The notes beneath the pieces are model-generated. The model searched no databases and was not told the DNA's origin. It saw nothing but the letters and a program-made list of their open reading frames with translations. From the IMG/VR virus record IMGVR_UViG_3300013131_000021: a stretch of DNA of 64,000 bases; one strand, given 5' to 3'. Shown one piece after another: positions 38,282-47,958 of this stretch. The first letter of the stretch is position 1, and every line of letters starts with the position of its first letter. This stretch comes from a virus. A program made the translations under genes and the position numbers.

Positions 38282-39673
38282 ATGCCGCAACTATTAGGAA
38301 ACATACTCAGCACTTATCAACCAAGTAATCCGTATAGGCAACCGTGTTTTGCCATATGGTCAAATGACGGATCGTTTGGCGGATTTTCTACCTTCGATCA
38401 CAATTATAATTGCATAGGCAGGATGATCTATAATAACAGTTCATATGGTGCCAGTAGAATGAGAAGTACCGGAGCGCCGGAACTATTTGACACTTACGCT
38501 AGTACTCAATTCGCTAGAACTAACTTCGTAGCTAGTTCGAACAGTGATATGCCCAAAGGCACAGCATCTTGCGGATATTTAGGAAATATCGTCATCCCGA
38601 TGGGCGATGGATTCTCGGGGGATTTAACCGGACAAACAGGATATGATACATATAGGGCTGTGGCGTTCCGAGATTGTGCCACCATAGTCAACGAAGTAGA
38701 TCAAAGATATGCTATATGGTGGGAAGACGCTACGATGATACTCGGACCTCGTAGCGCCAATTGGTATGCTTATAATCGACAGATATTAAATTCAAATAGA
38801 ACTAGTGTTAGCAATAAACAATCCGGTTATGGTGGCACCAAATTCGGTATGGCCAGCTATAACGCCAAGACCAATCAATTGGCGGTGGTTGAAGCCAACG
38901 GTAGCTATGGATTTAGACCGACTGTATATAATAACGTTCCGCGACTAGCACAATATTATGACAACATATATTTTGGGTTAGCAGATCAAGCAGCCGCTAG
39001 AGCAGCTACCACCGAAGGAACACTGTACACACATTTCAATACACCAGCAAATTATACTCTCGGTTATGCAGCAGCAACTGGTAAACCTACCAATCAAACT
39101 ACTGAAGATAATCGACGGGGTATCATAGTTATGTGCGACGACGGAAAAATCGTCATGTTCCAGATGATTCCACAATGGGGATTTTGGACTCATAGATGGA
39201 ACGCCAACGGAACAGCTGCAGGCAACATAATTTCTGTGTCGTGGACCACCAGCTACGGTGTTGATCAAGGTAATAGATTTGGTGCTAGATGGTGCGTGTC
39301 ATCAGACGGTAGGTATGTCATGGCATGGTGTGCTAGTTATTATTATAATAGCGGATATTGGGCGGTATTGATCAGGGTATCCGACGGCAAGACCTTGTAC
39401 GATTATAATCAGGACAGCACATATGGTTATCAATTCTGTCCAATAGGGCCTAGTAATTTCCACTGTATGCGCGATGTGAATTCGGACGGCGGTTCAGGAT
39501 GTTATGCTCAGCATATAGATGCAGACCACATGATGAACACCTTTGCAGATCTAGCCAGAGTAAATTTTGGAAGATCTAATCTTACACAATTAAGAGGTGG
39601 TAATTTCTGGAGTACAGATTATCCGGCTCTCATACCGTTGATTTATGATACTAAAATGTTCGCACAAATTTGA
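38282..39673 (+). CDS. Putative receptor-binding protein B (paralogue of 36863)
   Basis: Colinear with 36863 over its whole length (463 vs 468 aa). Confidence 0.65.
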   Translation: MPQLLGNILSTYQPSNPYRQPCFAIWSNDGSFGGFSTFDHNYNCIGRMIYNNSSYGASRMRSTGAPELFDTYASTQFARTNFVASSNSDMPKGTASCGYLGNIVIPMGDGFSGDLTGQTGYDTYRAVAFRDCATIVNEVDQRYAIWWEDATMILGPRSANWYAYNRQILNSNRTSVSNKQSGYGGTKFGMASYNAKTNQLAVVEANGSYGFRPTVYNNVPRLAQYYDNIYFGLADQAAARAATTEGTLYTHFNTPANYTLGYAAATGKPTNQTTEDNRRGIIVMCDDGKIVMFQMIPQWGFWTHRWNANGTAAGNIISVSWTTSYGVDQGNRFGARWCVSSDGRYVMAWCASYYYNSGYWAVLIRVSDGKTLYDYNQDSTYGYQFCPIGPSNFHCMRDVNSDGGSGCYAQHIDADHMMNTFADLARVNFGRSNLTQLRGGNFWSTDYPALIPLIYDTKMFAQI

Positions 39674-39684
39674 GGAAAGTAATA

Positions 39685-40137
39685 ATGAAATATTTAGAAT
39701 TTAATTTAGACAACACATGCATAGGAGTATTCGATAGCCCAGCAGCAGGTAGATATGAATTTGATTATGACCCTGCGAAATATTTTTTACCTACTTTACA
39801 ACTTAAAGATGGTAAAGTAGTTCATACTTTACCTGGGCTATCATATAAAGATCAAGAAACTACCTTTAATAAAGCCAAGGAAGCTGCTGACTTTGAACAA
39901 AACAAAATAAATATCATACCTACTATCAAATCACATGCAGCAGAAAAAATAAGATTAATCTCTTGGAAATTAGAACGAGCGAAAGAACAAGATGAATTAG
40001 CAGGTACGACAGATAAAACGCTCAAAGCTTTGGCAGAAAGACAAGCGATTAGAGATGCCAGCAATGCGCACGAAGCTAAGTTAATGGCTTTGAAAACTAT
40101 TAAAGAGTTGGAGGATTTTGATCCTCAGGATTTCTAA
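39685..40137 (+). CDS. Putative tail-fibre assembly chaperone
   Basis: Last gene of the fibre module; helical C-terminus ERQAIRDASN resembles Tfa-type RQALRD; start reassigned to ATG 39685 (GAGG SD). Confidence 0.5.
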   Translation: MKYLEFNLDNTCIGVFDSPAAGRYEFDYDPAKYFLPTLQLKDGKVVHTLPGLSYKDQETTFNKAKEAADFEQNKINIIPTIKSHAAEKIRLISWKLERAKEQDELAGTTDKTLKALAERQAIRDASNAHEAKLMALKTIKELEDFDPQDF

Positions 40138-40711
40138 GAGTGTTTTCAAAATTAAAATTTATCACCAATCTTTGTCTTTTATCGGTCTGAGATTCCACAG
40201 CGTGATATTGTCTGCCATCGAAGATCACGTACTTATTTTCTTCACAAGATACTCGCTTCAGCTCAGTTAGCTCTTCAGGACTGTCTATATACAAATCTCC
40301 ACCCTGATATAATTTGTCATAAAAGATCGTGTTTCCATTAGTGTTAGAAAGATAAAATAATGCGGTCAAATGAGGAACATCCATATCTACATGAGCTTCG
40401 TGCCAAACGTGATGGGGAGTTTTTGTTATAAACCCTAATTTTATCCTAAAAATACCTCCGAGCCTGATTCCCGCATCACTGCATATTTTTTCTAAAAGCT
40501 CTACTGCTCGGTCTCCGGAAGGGTGCAACGTTTTTCCATTGAGCAACAAGTTCATACCAAAACTGAATTTCCAACTTGATTCATCATTGCAGGTTCTTAA
40601 TACCGCAGTGGTTGGAAGATACATCCAGGGAATTTGTACTCCACCATGCAGATTTTTCCACGGCTGAAATTCTTCTTCAGATAAAAAATTTGTTTTTCCG
40701 TAAAATATCAT
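40100..40711 (-). CDS. 2OG-Fe(II) oxygenase
   Basis: HxD (AHVD), TALFYL, VIFDG..YH and terminal R.VINFNF. Confidence 0.85.
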   Translation of the reverse strand: MIFYGKTNFLSEEEFQPWKNLHGGVQIPWMYLPTTAVLRTCNDESSWKFSFGMNLLLNGKTLHPSGDRAVELLEKICSDAGIRLGGIFRIKLGFITKTPHHVWHEAHVDMDVPHLTALFYLSNTNGNTIFYDKLYQGGDLYIDSPEELTELKRVSCEENKYVIFDGRQYHAVESQTDKRQRLVINFNFENTLRNPEDQNPPTL

Positions 40712-41424
40712 ACAAACTCCATGGTATCCTTGGACAACCTAATTACATTATCTAATAAAAAATCTGCCACACTTTTTTTACCTACACCGACATCCATGGC
40801 TATGGTGATCCTAGAATCGATACCGTTATGCGGAGAAGTACCGTGGATCAAATAACTAGGGAAAAACATCCCCTCACCTATGAAATTAGTCATACTCAGG
40901 GATCCATTTTGAAACGGCAGTTCGTAATATGTAAAACTTTCTTCGCAATTAACTGTATAATGGCAACTTATAAATCCTTCTTTGGACGGAGAATGAAAAT
41001 GTGCTGATATTTGCTGTCCTGGATATAGAACATTGTACCAACAATTAATATAAAGGTCATCCGTTAAAACTATCTTGCATTCATTTACAAATTTTTTAAT
41101 CTCTATGGCTACTTTGGATCTTAATTCGGATATTAACTCGTTGTCGTATTTTAATAAATTATAATAAGGATATCTAGCCGTGGTAGTATTAGGCCCCAAT
41201 CCTGTGCCTCCATCATCTTTCCATGGCGGATATTTGGTTAAAATATTTGCGCTTTCCTTTAAAAGAAATTCTTTCAATTCAGAATTGTATTTAGGATCAT
41301 GATTTTGAAAATGCCAGAAATCAAAACTCCATTCGGGACCTATCGGATTGTTCTGTTGCGACTTATCTAACGAACTAATAGTAATAAGTTGCCCACGCTC
41401 TACTGATTCAAATGCTTTATTCAT
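40708..41424 (-). CDS. 2OG-Fe(II) oxygenase (TIGR02466-like)
   Basis: WYNVLYPG...AHFH...ISCHY...FFPSYLIHGT...RITIAMDV. Confidence 0.8.
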   Translation of the reverse strand: MNKAFESVERGQLITISSLDKSQQNNPIGPEWSFDFWHFQNHDPKYNSELKEFLLKESANILTKYPPWKDDGGTGLGPNTTTARYPYYNLLKYDNELISELRSKVAIEIKKFVNECKIVLTDDLYINCWYNVLYPGQQISAHFHSPSKEGFISCHYTVNCEESFTYYELPFQNGSLSMTNFIGEGMFFPSYLIHGTSPHNGIDSRITIAMDVGVGKKSVADFLLDNVIRLSKDTMEFV

Positions 41425-42209
41425 TGATTATCCTTGAAAATCTTATCTGTCTTTTCTCTACGAGATTTTATATTTGTTGTAAAACTAGAATGAAGCATTA
41501 TATCATAGATTTTGTTGTTTTCTTTTTCTTTTTCTGTAGCATCTCTAATTTGAAATTCTAATTCACTGTTTCTTTTCATAGGAATGTATTGTACCAACGG
41601 CTGACCTGCTTTAACAATATGCCATTTATCATCATTGGCCAACCACCAAAATGATGGATTTATGGGGCCAGAGTCTCTAGGATCTAATATTCCGCCGACT
41701 GTGATAAATCTGTTTTCTCCTGAAAAAAACACAGGAAGTTCTAAAAAAACTGTATCAGCTGGTGCCTTTATTCTCCATGCAGTACTGATCTTTAATATAT
41801 TTGTATTAGCCCCTACCGGAGGAGGCATAAACGCTGACAATGTATCGGGAGTATGGATATCTAAATATCTTCCTAATCCTGTAGACCCTGCAAATAATCT
41901 AGACTGATCAAGAGTCATATCTAGCATCATCTGACTGTTTGCATTTTCAGAACGAACTGCAAAATCAAAATAGTTGTAAAGAATATATCCTGTACGCATA
42001 TAGTCAATGATTCCAGGACATTTCAACACTGTTGTTATTTTTTTATTAGGTATAGCTTGTTTTTTTTGTCTATAGTTAATAGCAGCGGCCTTAGTCCACG
42101 ATGGTTTTAAATCTGCCGCCTTGCCTATAGGGTAAAGATCCTTTAATCCCGGCATTAGACTATAGAATTCTATCTTAGGTCGTTTAAAAAAGTTAAACAT
42201 TCTTAACAC
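41421..42209 (-). CDS. Hypothetical beta-barrel protein (DUF6065-like), associated with oxygenase genes
   Basis: KCPGIIDYMRTGYI...WRIKAP...GQPLVQYIP pattern typical of this phage family. Confidence 0.55.
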   Translation of the reverse strand: MLRMFNFFKRPKIEFYSLMPGLKDLYPIGKAADLKPSWTKAAAINYRQKKQAIPNKKITTVLKCPGIIDYMRTGYILYNYFDFAVRSENANSQMMLDMTLDQSRLFAGSTGLGRYLDIHTPDTLSAFMPPPVGANTNILKISTAWRIKAPADTVFLELPVFFSGENRFITVGGILDPRDSGPINPSFWWLANDDKWHIVKAGQPLVQYIPMKRNSELEFQIRDATEKEKENNKIYDIMLHSSFTTNIKSRREKTDKIFKDNQ

Positions 42210-42456
42210 TTTTTAATTTTGATTCTAATTTACGACGTAAATTAACTATGCTGTCTTTGAATTCTGTGCCCATAGATTTCATTTGTTTAGAATAGATCAT
42301 GTCTAAAAACATGCTGTCCATTTTTTTAACCTCAAAAATTAAATCCGTCAATAGTTTTTTAGCCTCTAGTTTATCTTTTTCGTCTGATAATCTATCTATC
42401 GCTGCTTCATATCTTTTAATATCTTCTTGAAATCTTTGATTTCCCTGTATCATCAT
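42193..42456 (-). CDS. Hypothetical helical protein (87 aa)
   Basis: Coupled overlaps with both neighbours. Confidence 0.65.
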   Translation of the reverse strand: MMIQGNQRFQEDIKRYEAAIDRLSDEKDKLEAKKLLTDLIFEVKKMDSMFLDMIYSKQMKSMGTEFKDSIVNLRRKLESKLKSVKNV

Positions 42457-42827
42457 TTTTCTAACTCCATTATCGTTTCAATTTTTGTTCTTATGATTTG
42501 ATTATTTAAGGTAGTTTTTAGACCGGCATGTAGTTGATTTGGCAAGCAATCTAATGTAGCCCAACAAACTGTAGACACTGTTTCGGTTAAAAATTCGCTG
42601 TCCACTAGGCAAACATATGTGCCATATTCAAATCCTTTGTCTTCACTGAGATATAGTTCTATCGGGATTATTTTTCCTTGACTATAATTGTCCAATAATT
42701 GTTTTACATCATCTAATAAAGGACCAGATCTAGGAAATGTAGGAACTGTCCACCTAAAATTTTCTAGGATTAGTAATATTCTATTGGTTGTTTTGGCTAG
42801 AAATAGCAGTCCGGCACGCTGTTGCAT
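42453..42827 (-). CDS. Degenerate Nudix-fold protein
   Basis: RAGLLF...RILL N-strand and F.Y.TYV.LV..EF...WA.LD.LP..LH C-part are Nudix-like, but no GX5EX7REUXEEXGU box; TAAGTA-N5-ATG. Confidence 0.45.
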   Translation of the reverse strand: MQQRAGLLFLAKTTNRILLILENFRWTVPTFPRSGPLLDDVKQLLDNYSQGKIIPIELYLSEDKGFEYGTYVCLVDSEFLTETVSTVCWATLDCLPNQLHAGLKTTLNNQIIRTKIETIMELEK

Positions 42828-42841
42828 GCCTTTACTTATCT

Positions 42842-44404
42842 TCAGTCTACCCTGAAGTTCCAGTCTCCTGGACCATATTCACCTTCAAATGCTTTGAGCC
42901 ACTGAGAACCGTCCCAGCGATACTTTATTCCGGTGCGAATATTTTGGATATAGGTAGGTGAAAATATTTCTCCTGCTAGCTCAGCTGCTTCTATGGTATT
43001 CTCTTCAGGAAACCAAATTGTAGACCAACTACTACCAGTCCATTCGATGATAGAATTGGCTTTAATACTAGGATCAGTGCCATCTTGATTGGACCATGAA
43101 CTGTCTTCGTTGCTGGGTTCGCGCCATGCTTGTGGACCTCGGTAAGGTACGTTGGTGCTGTCGGCAGGGTTTGATGGATATTGAATATATCCGCCTCGAT
43201 TTGCACTGTTGTTAACATCATCTAACATAAGGAATCTTAAACCGACAGGAATGGCAGCAAAACTACCATATGTTGTGATAGGATTATACTTATATGGGTC
43301 TATGATAGCATCTACAGTGCCTCTAGTTTCTCCTCCGACCATATTGCTAGCGATATCTGTATTTCCTGGATATGTATCAGGATCTAAAGTTATAGTCAGT
43401 ATCGCAGGATTCAAAGGATTTATGACATATGTGCCTAATATTTCTGAACCATCTGGTTTTATAAACCATATTTGACTGCCTGGAATATATCCCCCTTGTA
43501 CTTCTAAGATAGCGTTCCAGTCTATAGGTTCTCCATTTGTAAACTCTTTCTCATCTAATCCCAAAGACAGTACCGCATGTGAATGATTAACTAATGTTAG
43601 ATCATATTGATTATCGTTAAGCACACCTGTGTTAGATTTGAATAATAACACTCTATAACTATTGGTAGTGGTTTTCCAAGTGCCAGATTGTCGATTATAA
43701 ACTAGTTCTTCTAGATTTATCACATCTCCAGATTCGTTAAAAACATTAGAAATAACACTTTGTACTATACCTAATTTTTTAACCTTGGCAGGAGGAGTGA
43801 GATAAATCGGTAATTCAAACTGTAAGGTGCAGATATCAATCTCAGATTCAGCACCTGCAGGAATAGTTCTTGAACTGAATGTTGTAGAATTCAAGTATAA
43901 TGCACTTAGACTAGTCCAGTCGATATAATTATCAGTGGTCTGTAATTCTAAACTAGGATTAAACAACACTAATATTTGTTCAAGAAGTTGAAGTTTTTGA
44001 TCTGTGTTAGAAGTCCAGATGTCTGCTTTCATCATCAGCTTGAACGGTGTTGGCATTAATCTTTCTACAGTGTAGTTTCCTCCTTGGGTATTCTGATAAT
44101 CTCGAGTACCGTTTGCATCGGTGTATCTACGTTCTCTAATATGTATTTTGCTAACAAAACTAGCATCAGACAACCGAGTAGTATCCATTTCTAAACTGCT
44201 GATATAACAAGATATCTTAGGCACCGTCAGCATTTTGTTTTCACTGTTCTCTTTGATAATCGCAGCTACCTGTCTAGTCATATCACCATAGGTAACTGGT
44301 ACCGTAGATTCTGATCCATCACCGGCTTTCCATTTAAAACCTATGAAAACTCGCATGAACTGAGTTACATATCTTCTTATCTGACCGTCGTAAAAATAAT
44401 CCAT
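42842..44404 (-). CDS. gp15: Tail terminator/sheath stabiliser, extended
   Basis: YFYDGQIRRY, VPVTYGD, PTPFKL...IWT.N.DQKLQLLEQI..LFNP; adjacent to gp14. Confidence 0.85.
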   Translation of the reverse strand: MDYFYDGQIRRYVTQFMRVFIGFKWKAGDGSESTVPVTYGDMTRQVAAIIKENSENKMLTVPKISCYISSLEMDTTRLSDASFVSKIHIRERRYTDANGTRDYQNTQGGNYTVERLMPTPFKLMMKADIWTSNTDQKLQLLEQILVLFNPSLELQTTDNYIDWTSLSALYLNSTTFSSRTIPAGAESEIDICTLQFELPIYLTPPAKVKKLGIVQSVISNVFNESGDVINLEELVYNRQSGTWKTTTNSYRVLLFKSNTGVLNDNQYDLTLVNHSHAVLSLGLDEKEFTNGEPIDWNAILEVQGGYIPGSQIWFIKPDGSEILGTYVINPLNPAILTITLDPDTYPGNTDIASNMVGGETRGTVDAIIDPYKYNPITTYGSFAAIPVGLRFLMLDDVNNSANRGGYIQYPSNPADSTNVPYRGPQAWREPSNEDSSWSNQDGTDPSIKANSIIEWTGSSWSTIWFPEENTIEAAELAGEIFSPTYIQNIRTGIKYRWDGSQWLKAFEGEYGPGDWNFRVD

Positions 44405-45795
44405 TATTCGTCTGCCTGAGGTCTAAGAGCTTTGCTCAAACTTTGTTTTTCTTTAGTCACATGACCATCGATCGTGGCTACTTTGCTATTGTTTATAAAT
44501 GTAGCTTTTTGTGTCTGCCTTATATCTTTGCCTGCGAATGTATCCCCTGTACCAACATCACTAGAGCCAAGATTGCTCATGGTCATACGTACATTATCTT
44601 CAAATTTTATCCATCTATTACCATTATACCTAAACAGTCTGTGAGGAAGATAATCTTTCCTAAGACAAAACTGACCAATTGTAGGATTAATAGGAAACGC
44701 TATGCCTGCGGTAAATGGAGCTCCGTTGGGAGGAACTCCGTCAGCAGTTAGATAACCAGTATAACCGTCCCCATCGGCAGGCATGAATGTCGAGCTAGCT
44801 GTTTGACCTACGTATATAGGATCACCGTTCGTGTCATATAACAGATTGCCATCTTCATCTGTGGCTTGTGTTCCGGCATCAACTGTGTTTTCTGTATTGT
44901 CTGCTGTAGCTAATTCAGCAGTGCCGTCATCAAATCTTTGTAGGGTGTAGTATTTTGAAGTATCATATCCGCTACGTGGTGCATCTTCTTCAGCTTGATT
45001 CAGTACCGCTTGGGTAATCTGCATTTCCTTATTATAGGTGCTGATTATATCTCTGAGACTGTCTGCTAATTGATAATAAGTAGCATTTGGAGGAGCGATC
45101 CCTGTAACTTCGGATATCACTTCATATTTTTTACCGTCAGGTCCTGTGATTATATCTTCAGGATAGTATGTGATAGCAGGATTGTATATTCCTTTATCAG
45201 ATTCTTTATTGGCGATTTCATCTAGTATCTGTTTAAATTCCTGGCTGTCAACTAAAGGTTTGCATTTTGCTCTATATAAATGAGGATACCAAGTTAAGGA
45301 AAATCCTTCGGCTGCTCTGCTGACTTCTTCTATTACATAATATCGCTTTAAAGCATACTTAAAATCGTTATAAGCATATTCGTCTTTGAGATGAGGCAGC
45401 TCGATTACATCACCCGCCATAATTTTTCTGCCGATTTTTTCCACTGTATCATTGATATGGAAAGTGATAAAAATCGTGTCGTTTTGTAAAAACAATCCGA
45501 ACTGACTCAAATTAAAATCTGTGTCAATTAAATTATAATGTCCTCTTAATATGTAAATGTCTGGATCGTACTTTCTGTCTCTATTTTCTAAAAACAGTAG
45601 ATCTTGTATGTTAAAAGGATTATCTACAGAATACTCCGGAGTACTGGGCGTGTTGCCCTGGATCGAAATATCGGGCCCGAGATATTTGTGAACAAATACG
45701 TCAGTGCCGCCTATCTGAAACATCTCCCAGATATTTTTATCAATAAATTTGTAGTCGTTGCCCTTTTCTGGGCGATATAAACTTAAACGAGGCAT
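44404..45795 (-). CDS. gp14: Neck protein, extended
   Basis: FLENRDRKYD...FGLFLQND...GDVIELP gp14-type motifs; clusters with gp13 and gp15. Confidence 0.8.
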   Translation of the reverse strand: MPRLSLYRPEKGNDYKFIDKNIWEMFQIGGTDVFVHKYLGPDISIQGNTPSTPEYSVDNPFNIQDLLFLENRDRKYDPDIYILRGHYNLIDTDFNLSQFGLFLQNDTIFITFHINDTVEKIGRKIMAGDVIELPHLKDEYAYNDFKYALKRYYVIEEVSRAAEGFSLTWYPHLYRAKCKPLVDSQEFKQILDEIANKESDKGIYNPAITYYPEDIITGPDGKKYEVISEVTGIAPPNATYYQLADSLRDIISTYNKEMQITQAVLNQAEEDAPRSGYDTSKYYTLQRFDDGTAELATADNTENTVDAGTQATDEDGNLLYDTNGDPIYVGQTASSTFMPADGDGYTGYLTADGVPPNGAPFTAGIAFPINPTIGQFCLRKDYLPHRLFRYNGNRWIKFEDNVRMTMSNLGSSDVGTGDTFAGKDIRQTQKATFINNSKVATIDGHVTKEKQSLSKALRPQADE

Positions 45796-46409
45796 TCTTG
45801 AGATTCCTGTTGTTTTTTCAATAATGCACGGTCTTTCATCTTAATGCTCCATTGTTCTCTGGCTTCGGGCGTCCATCGTTTAGAAGCACCGGCCTTCATA
45901 CTAGCCTTGTGTTTTTCGGACTTAGTTTTATCTTTTAAACTTTTACTTAAATTTTCTTTGTACTCGTCCGACCTAATTCTGCCAGTCGCGGCAATTTTCA
46001 TTTTTTCTCTCGATTCCGCAGAATGCGTTTTATTGTACATCGGATTATTCTCGCCGCTCCATAATTGGCTTTTTATAGCAGCACCGGCTTTTTTGATTAT
46101 TTCAAATTTTTTAGAACTAATTCGATATCGTTGCTGTGACGAGTTTTCACGGTACAACATACAACTAAACGCATTCCACATTTGATATTTGTGCTTAGTA
46201 TTTGATACCATTTTAGTAAGCAAATGATGACATATAAAATGTTCTTTAGCGGTAAGATTAACTAAATTTTCTTTATTATTTTTGCCTCCTAAACTTTTAG
46301 GCAAAATATGATGTTTTTCAAAATATATTAAATCTGCCGTCCGTGCTTGGGCGGAGGATATTATATTAAAATACCACTTAGAATATTTGTTATGCAAGAA
46401 TACTGTCAT
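45783..46409 (-). mobile_element. Free-standing HNH homing endonuclease with NUMOD3 motifs
   Basis: EKHHILPKSLGG.N..ENLV.LT.KEHF..H (HNH); GENNPMYNKTHSAESREKM (NUMOD3); overlaps the gp14 start by 13 bp. Confidence 0.9.
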
Positions 46410-46463
46410 AGTTATATATTTACCGCAATAGATGAACGACGACTACTAACGATAAATAACAAT

Positions 46464-47222
46464 ATGAGCTCAAATGATCAAGCAAAACAAGCGGTCTACG
46501 ACTACTGCAAAGCCATGCTAGGCGATGGTATGGTAGATGTAGAATTAGACCCTATCCATTATGAAACTGCTCTAAATCGCAGTCTAGCAGTTTTTCGCCA
46601 AAGATCGGATAATGCTGTAGAAGAAAGTTATGCCTTTTTAACAATGATTGAAAGTACAAACGAGTATATTTTACCAAAAGAAATTCAGCAGGTGCGACAG
46701 ATTTTTAGACGCTCAGTGGGATCACGTACAGGCAACGGTACAGGTGGTACAGTTTTTGAACCGTTCAATCTAGCTTATACCAACACTTATCTATTGTCAT
46801 CAACCAATATGGGCGGATTATTAACCTATGAATTGTTCGCGCAGTATCAAGAATTAGTAGGTAAGATGTTTGGATCGTTTATAAACTTTACGTGGCATCC
46901 TCAAACGCATAAACTGACTATACATCAGCGACCCAGGGGTGAGGAATCTGTAATGCTACAAGTATATAATAGCAAACCTGATTTTAGTATTATTGACGAT
47001 GTGTACTCTGGGCAATGGATCAAAGATTATTCACTGGCCAACTGCAAAATGATGTTAGGTCAAGCCCGTAGCAAATTTGCACAAATAGCCGGTCCACAGG
47101 GCGGCGGCCAACTTAACGGCACGGCATTAATATCGGAAGCGCAGGCTGAAATGGAAAAACTTACTGACGATCTAATGAAATTAGTTCCGGGAGGTTCGGG
47201 CTATACATGGATTATCGGTTGA
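46464..47222 (+). CDS. gp13: Neck protein
   Basis: LGDGMVDVELD..HY, WIKDYSLANCKMMLGQARSKF, GPQGG.QLNG. Start reassigned to ATG 46464 after TAAATA 46453. Confidence 0.9.
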   Translation: MSSNDQAKQAVYDYCKAMLGDGMVDVELDPIHYETALNRSLAVFRQRSDNAVEESYAFLTMIESTNEYILPKEIQQVRQIFRRSVGSRTGNGTGGTVFEPFNLAYTNTYLLSSTNMGGLLTYELFAQYQELVGKMFGSFINFTWHPQTHKLTIHQRPRGEESVMLQVYNSKPDFSIIDDVYSGQWIKDYSLANCKMMLGQARSKFAQIAGPQGGGQLNGTALISEAQAEMEKLTDDLMKLVPGGSGYTWIIG

Positions 47223-47247
47223 CCTTGTAATCCTATAATGTTATAAT
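47219..47247 (+). promoter_or_regulatory. Sigma70 promoter TTGACC-17-TATAAT for dNMP kinase
   Basis: TTGACC 47219-47224, TATAAT 47242-47247; same TTGACCTTG start as the gp32 promoter. Confidence 0.85.
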
Positions 47248-47268
47248 GTTCTTAAATTGGAGGACATT

Positions 47269-47958
47269 ATGATCATAGGTATTTGCGGATTTATTGGCAG
47301 CGGCAAGGATACCGTCGCTGACTATCTAGTTAACTTTCACGAATTTAGACGCGAGTCATTTGCCAGCACTCTCAAAGATGCTGTAAGCGCGGTGTTTGGA
47401 TGGGACCGGACACTGTTAGAAGGGCGTACAAAGGAAGCCCGAGAGTGGCGAGAGCAGGTAGACCTGTGGTGGGCAGAACGTTTAGATATGCCTACACTTA
47501 CTCCTCGTTGGGTCCTGCAATATTGGGGCACAGAAGTCTGCCGTAAAGCCTTCCACGATGACATTTGGATCGCATCATTAGAGAATAAACTACGAAATTC
47601 TAAAGATCATGTAGTGATTTCTGATTGTCGTTTCCCTAATGAAATATTCAGCATTCGTAATGCAGGTGGAAAAATAGTGTGGGTCAAGAGAGGGGATCTT
47701 CCCAAGTGGTATGACCATGCTTTAGCTGCTAACGAATTGGGTAGCAACATAGCTTTGAATGAACTTAAGGTGCGTAAAATTCATGCATCAGAAACTGCTT
47801 GGGTAGGAACAAAGTTTGATCATATTATTGAAAATAACGGATCTATAGACGATCTTTACAAATCCGTAAGATCAATAGTCAGCAATGAGGTCTCCTTGTC
47901 TCCAGGTAATACCCTCTTTCCCAAGAACTTGAATGCAATTATTACAGACTGTTTTTAA
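47269..47958 (+). CDS. gp1: Deoxynucleoside monophosphate kinase
   Basis: IIGICGFIGSGKDT P-loop, R..LQ..GTE, ISDCRFPNE, HASE; GGAGG SD favours ATG 47269. Confidence 0.92.
   Translation: MIIGICGFIGSGKDTVADYLVNFHEFRRESFASTLKDAVSAVFGWDRTLLEGRTKEAREWREQVDLWWAERLDMPTLTPRWVLQYWGTEVCRKAFHDDIWIASLENKLRNSKDHVVISDCRFPNEIFSIRNAGGKIVWVKRGDLPKWYDHALAANELGSNIALNELKVRKIHASETAWVGTKFDHIIENNGSIDDLYKSVRSIVSNEVSLSPGNTLFPKNLNAIITDCF

Noticed and set aside
46347-46463. Long N-terminal extension of gp13 given in the ORF track
   Set aside because: It overlaps the HNH gene on the other strand; TAAATA-N5-ATG at 46464 gives a normal gp13 start.
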